Shown here: positions 63,801 through 64,000 of the stretch, in pieces
Layout of the letters: every line of letters begins with the position of its first letter
How positions within the stretch are numbered: position 1 is the stretch's first letter
Origin: Chiloscyllium plagiosum
Taxonomy: Eukaryota
Assembly (NCBI RefSeq): GCF_004010195.1
Contig: NC_057753.1
Span: forward strand, 12,170,842 to 12,234,841
Length of the DNA: 64,000 nt
Direction: 5' to 3'
Program-made: the position numbers and the translations under genes
The notes under the pieces: generated by a model
Told to the model about the DNA's origin: nothing
The model's input: only the letters and a program-made list of their open reading frames with translations
Database searches by the model: none

Positions 63801-64000
63801 AGTTATATTTAATATAATACAAACGCGTACAATCCGATGGTGGCCATATGCGGAGTCAAAGCAGTGTACAGCCCAGAAACAGACCCATCAGTCCAATTCA
63901 TCCATGACGACCAGATATCCTAAATTGATCCAGTCCCATTTGCCAGCATTTGTCCTACATCCCTCACAACCCTACCTATTTAAATGCCAATCAAGCTGCC

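Overview
Eukaryotic, cartilaginous-fish (shark-like) genomic DNA, judged from HE1-type SINEs, CR1/Penelope repeats and a NAR-type V gene. It is part of a rearranging T-cell receptor alpha/delta-type V region. Contents: (1) one complete NAR-TCR cassette (leader, VNAR-like V with 22-RSS, D with 12/12 RSS, IgNAR-like J with 23-RSS, then a leaderless supporting TCRdelta V), probably decaying because of a bad D heptamer and a frameshift in the supporting V; (2) four intact paralogous TCR V genes whose signal peptide is fused to the V with no leader intron, two on each strand, each preceded by a CTCF-like motif at the same distance; (3) one conventional two-exon TCR alpha/delta V; (4) five disabled or partial two-exon GPR139/GPR142-like GPCR genes among the V genes, four of them in a ~10 kb tandem segmental duplication; (5) C2H2 zinc-finger remnants; (6) many mobile elements, including a Gmr1-type LTR retroelement (integrase before RT), a solo LTR with a 4-bp TSD, CR1 and Tx1 LINEs, and SINEs. 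There are four N gaps. The most unusual signals are a five-unit tandem array of degenerate RSSs behind the supporting V, a possible germline V-D joint with a P-nucleotide-like palindrome at the 3' end of the NAR-TCR V, the intronless V family and its oriented CTCF-like sites. All family assignments come from reading motifs by eye; no database search was run.
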